Below are positions 61,901 through 64,000 of a DNA stretch of 64,000 bases, one piece after another; position 1 is the first letter of the stretch, and the number at the start of each line of letters is the position of its first letter. The notes under the pieces were generated by a model that was not told where the DNA came from, did no database searches, and saw nothing but the letters and a program-made list of their open reading frames with translations. Source of the stretch: Microgenomates group bacterium. GTDB taxonomy: Bacteria; Patescibacteriota; Microgenomatia; PFEM01; JBNASD01. Made by a program: the position numbers and the translations under genes. Location: assembly GCA_049720225.1 (NCBI GenBank), contig JBNASD010000001.1:228733-292732 (forward strand), in the 5' to 3' direction.

Positions 61901-64000
61901 CAAGATCTCCAAAAGTATAACAACCATTATCTCCTGTCACTCCAGAAAGTACTTGTCCTGTCGGTGTTTGCAAATACATTGTCCAACCAGGAATAAATGG
62001 TTCTCCTCCATAACTACCATTTCCATTTAAATCATTAACTTTGCAAATTTCAATATAACCCTCTAAATAATTACCAAAAACTACATTTACCTGTTGACCG
62101 GCATTAAGATTAACATTTTGACAGATTCCTCCAGTAGTATTAATCCAGTCTCGACCATCTGGCCATTTGGTAATAACCTCCAAAACAGAATATTGACCGG
62201 CAAGCAAATTAGAAAAAAGTTTATTTCCGCTACTATTAGTCAATCCTTGATCTATAGGATTACCCTGACAATTAGAACCGGAAAATAACTTCATTTCCCA
62301 CCCCGGTATAGCAAGATCACCTGAATCTTTTACTCCATTTCCATTATTATCATTAAATTTATGAACTAAAATTGAACCATATTTACTATTAGTAAAGGTA
62401 CAACTAACTGTTTCTCCGGGATCAATATCTATAAAAACTTGATTATTTGGTAAATCATAAGTTGTTTGGTTATCAGGATCGACACAGGTAATATCTGTCA
62501 ACTTCCAACCACTAACTTCTTTTTCCACAATTTGCCAAACATCAGCAAAAATTGTCTTTATTTCATAAGGAGTGTTTTGATCGGTTAAGTCTTCAACAGT
62601 TTTAACATAGTTTCCTCCCCGATAAAATTCAAAATCAAAGGTTTGGGAGTCACCAGAAGGATTAGTCGTTTTATCGATAATTAATTTTCCGTATTTTATA
62701 TTTTGAAAATAGCAAGTCACTTCATCATTACTATTTAGCGGTAAAGTAATTTGATGGGTTTTACTATTAAAGGAGCCTACTGGATTTTGATTTTTATCAA
62801 GACAATAAGGCGGATTAGTACTCTCAGGTGAATACCAGCCCTCTAAAAACATTTCTTTGATTTTATAGGTATCAGGCGGTAAGTTAATAAATCCAGTATC
62901 CCCTACACCTCCACTAGTAGTAGCTGAAGGAGTAGCTACTGTTATATCTTGGCTATTTTTAATTTGAAAGTTAAAAGTTTCGTCGCCTCCAAAGGCATTT
63001 TTTACAATCTTAATTTTGCCTTGCTTGGTGTTAGTAAAGGTGCAAGCTATATTTTCATTTTTATCTAACTCAAATGTTACTGTCCGTTTATTGAGATCAA
63101 TAAATACAGGTTGATTGCAAACTAAATTAGTTAAATCCCACCCTGTCGGCAAATTTTTTTCTTCAATAATATATACTCCAGTCTCATAGGCTTTACTAAA
63201 TGGGACGTCTTGATCTTTTAATGAAATATCTTCATTTACCCCTGTCTCACTACTGGAAATATTAAAAATAAATTCAGTCGTATCGCCGGGAGGATTAGTA
63301 ACTTTATCTATTGCAATTGTCCCTTTATCTCGAATTAAAGTACAATTTTGAGAACAAGTATAACCAGATGGTACTCCATCGGTTCCATCACACTCTTCAT
63401 AACCAATATCCTTTTTTCCATCACCACAATAACCGTCAGTTAAAGTAATAATTTGGCAGTTATCACTACAATAAGTACAAGAGGCTGGCTGACCCCCAGT
63501 TCCATAAGGAGGCGTACAAACTATTCCGTTTTTATCGCCATAATCACATTGTTCGCCTAAATCTTGATCAAGATTACCGTCTCCACAATACCCGCAATTT
63601 TCTACAGTAATATAATTTAATTTTTTTTCCGTATCTGAATTACCAGAACTATCTGTAACGGTTAAGGAAACATCAAAAGTACCAATAGTATTATATTGAT
63701 GGGTTGGATTTTTTAAAGTTGAACTTCCTCCGTCTCCAAAATTCCAATTATAAGAATAAGGGCTATTACCCCCTGTTGTTAAATCTGTAAATTGAACAGT
63801 ATCGCCTTTACAAATAGTTAAGGGGTTAGCGGAAAAATTAGCTATCAGCGGAGTAGTAACGATATAATCCAAACCAAAGTTACACCAAGATTGACCGGGC
63901 GGATTACACTTTTCATTTGATCCGAAAGAAGCACAATTATTGGTATTTGTATCCCAAGAAACTTTTATATTTTTTATTGCTAGACTTGTTCCACAGGACC
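58959..64000 (-). CDS. Giant multi-domain cell-surface adhesin-like protein, 5'-truncated by the window edge (at least 1,680 aa).
   Basis: The frame stays open upstream of the track's TTG start at 63872 to position 64000. The domains run in order as follows. A PKD domain is recognised by NWNFGDGGSSTLKNPTHQYNTIGTFDVSLTVTD. Two Myxococcus-type Cys-rich repeats follow (CGYCGDGNLDQDLGEQCDYGD and YCGDGKKDIGYEECDGTDG). Three Ig/prealbumin-like repeats each end in CTFTN..G. Six SdrD-B/Cna-B-like repeats carry K[FY][EN]DLNG[DN]G..D..EPG..GW.I.L. A DUF11-like domain reads GTTVNYKITVTNTAPNTAYGVKVVDVLPYGF. A TM hairpin (HLILALLMIITGLII then RNWEKTRKFIKFGK then IIKVLILGLGILF) lies mid-protein. An FN3-like domain follows (YRKERLSSTEYKLYWRNPS...EYYYALRAIDKAGNAS). 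The C-terminal TM reads ILLLGGGIILIILGGTFFLL with an RRR tail. Confidence 0.8.
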   Translation of the reverse strand, partial: SCGTSLAIKNIKVSWDTNTNNCASFGSNEKCNPPGQSWCNFGLDYIVTTPLIANFSANPLTICKGDTVQFTDLTTGGNSPYSYNWNFGDGGSSTLKNPTHQYNTIGTFDVSLTVTDSSGNSDTEKKLNYITVENCGYCGDGNLDQDLGEQCDYGDKNGIVCTPPYGTGGQPASCTYCSDNCQIITLTDGYCGDGKKDIGYEECDGTDGVPSGYTCSQNCTLIRDKGTIAIDKVTNPPGDTTEFIFNISSSETGVNEDISLKDQDVPFSKAYETGVYIIEEKNLPTGWDLTNLVCNQPVFIDLNKRTVTFELDKNENIACTFTNTKQGKIKIVKNAFGGDETFNFQIKNSQDITVATPSATTSGGVGDTGFINLPPDTYKIKEMFLEGWYSPESTNPPYCLDKNQNPVGSFNSKTHQITLPLNSNDEVTCYFQNIKYGKLIIDKTTNPSGDSQTFDFEFYRGGNYVKTVEDLTDQNTPYEIKTIFADVWQIVEKEVSGWKLTDITCVDPDNQTTYDLPNNQVFIDIDPGETVSCTFTNSKYGSILVHKFNDNNGNGVKDSGDLAIPGWEMKLFSGSNCQGNPIDQGLTNSSGNKLFSNLLAGQYSVLEVITKWPDGRDWINTTGGICQNVNLNAGQQVNVVFGNYLEGYIEICKVNDLNGNGSYGGEPFIPGWTMYLQTPTGQVLSGVTGDNGCYTFGDLAPGNYLLSEEERVGWIRTSHTRPGWYPISVPMVSGSGFSLKILNFQLGKISGQKFEDLDGDGIKDDNEPGLSGWIIKLDKGADGVVDNITTTDLNGNYEFSGLTAGIYRILEEQEVGWIQTSANPPDITIQSGTVVENVNFGNFQLGKISGRKYEDLNQDGGRDANEPYLNGWTIRLYDNGWNILGEKTTGHTGNVGQYRFENLSLGTYRVCEVLQAGWKQTGPVGNPNNYSPNKNKEGPRCRIVSITRSGQSRTGESFGNIRYGGILVHKFEDVNGNGVIDGQETGLENWEIKLFSGFDCLEEASISSGLTDSKGDLEFNNLVPGNYSVKEILKPGWQTTTSVCQNVSVVPGEITAVNIANFKLGEIKVCKYDDLNGDGVKDENEPGIAGVNIKLQKQSSEEITNWEDVGDWVETDETGCYLFDNLGPGTYRAVEDLIDTDLAGYTPTDSYLNEDSHRVSGGLTIASGASLTVNFLNKLQPVILGISKTNDTSGSIGPGTTVNYKITVTNTAPNTAYGVKVVDVLPYGFSYVVGSGKVGGVSVEPSISGQVLTWTIGNLAGNTSIEITYQVKTDSGLETGSFENQAYAYGYNRPTGGIRTESNIATSLVKIGTGTTYSATVSPIFGGTVLGAATEGQVLGAATGSPTSHLILALLMIITGLIIRNWEKTRKFIKFGKIIKVLILGLGILFTVTQNAQTAVKVSITDLPERINKYEFKVYYTVLDISETPSYNVQGWMRKEGEGWKQFDITKNEPSGYFQTKSEYFSGEGKYYFKVIGNGVESNIEEVIIDFSSPDAPRDYRKERLSSTEYKLYWRNPSNSDFEKVLVYRSEVRNFTADSSTLVGQRGGSPDQEMDFVDCCLIPNKEYYYALRAIDKAGNASSLVGDGGSTYYIEVTPTPSETSKVEEVKILPKEEKKGEILGEEATSPGEEKASLEEKTTEESIINKVTKNKKILLLGGGIILIILGGTFFLLSRRRSS

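Noticed and set aside
2044-62288. About 38 short ORFs of 60 to 138 aa in the six-frame track that lie inside or antisense to longer genes. Examples include 2044..2274, 2348..2578, 4904..5122, 8354..8548, 10302..10556, 14304..14543, 14638..14898, 18255..18491, 20082..20291, 22083..22268, 23725..23925, 24533..24787, 28296..28508, 31291..31707, 34196..34636, 35394..35603, 37377..37829, 38031..38391, 40674..41048, 43725..43970, 50633..50854, 51007..51228, 52685..53065, 55153..55607, 57272..57496, 60249..60449, 61842..62288.
   Set aside because: Each is nested within a longer ORF that has clear domain signatures on the other strand or in another frame. Their translations are low-complexity (F/I/L/K/N-rich), as expected for random ORFs in AT-rich DNA. 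None has a recognisable motif.
1-64000. Looked for tRNA, rRNA or other structured RNA genes as local GC-rich islands, and for transposases, integrases or restriction-modification and defence genes.
   Set aside because: No GC-rich roughly 75-nt cloverleaf-like segments were seen in intergenic DNA. Every sizable ORF could be assigned to glycosylation, RNA modification or surface-protein classes. No DDE, serine or tyrosine recombinase motifs or nuclease, ATPase or helicase motifs of defence systems were noticed.

Overview
The window is AT-rich (roughly 30% GC) with short or overlapping gene junctions. The residue composition is K/I/F/L-rich, which fits a small-genome, Candidate-Phyla-Radiation-like bacterium, although taxonomy cannot be proven from sequence alone. 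Almost the whole 64 kb is one large cell-envelope glycosylation island. It encodes about 13 GT2 and 3 GT4 glycosyltransferases. It also encodes about 17 polytopic membrane proteins with GT-C-like features (PMT/ArnT/GT39-like, TMTC-like with TPRs, PIG-V-like, PTPS-related-like, and three members of an unassigned ~660-aa family). Two Wzx/MOP-type flippases are present, plus three consecutive Dpm1/ArnC-like polyprenyl-phosphate-sugar synthases (one with a GtrA-like tail). An undecaprenyl-carrier recycling pair (PAP2 phosphatase and DgkA-like kinase) lies inside the island. Nucleotide-sugar genes are also present: Ugd, a UXS-type UDP-glucuronate decarboxylase, RmlA, RmlB, and an Rmd/Gmd-family 4-reductase. 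Housekeeping RNA-modification genes are interleaved as single plus-strand genes or short modules: an RsmC-like rRNA methyltransferase, a bacterial Elp3 homologue, TrmD, and RtcB with a divergently transcribed RNase-H-like YkuK/DUF458 protein. The 3' end of the window holds a surface module: a small membrane protein, a CAP/PR-1 domain protein, and a giant adhesin-like protein that runs off the window edge. The adhesin is more than 1,680 aa and contains PKD, Cys-rich repeats, Ig-like repeats, SdrD-B-like repeats, DUF11, FN3 and three TM segments. No rRNA, tRNA, CRISPR or obvious transposase was seen. The most interesting candidate system is this unusually large GT-C/polyprenyl-phosphate-sugar glycosylation machinery, with tandemly duplicated PMT-like enzymes and an uncharacterised three-member membrane-protein family. 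It plausibly glycosylates the adjacent giant surface protein. A second hypothesis is that an AsnB-like amidotransferase divergent from Elp3 supplies the missing cm5U to ncm5U amidation step. All functional calls are from motif-level reading of the translations; no database search was run.
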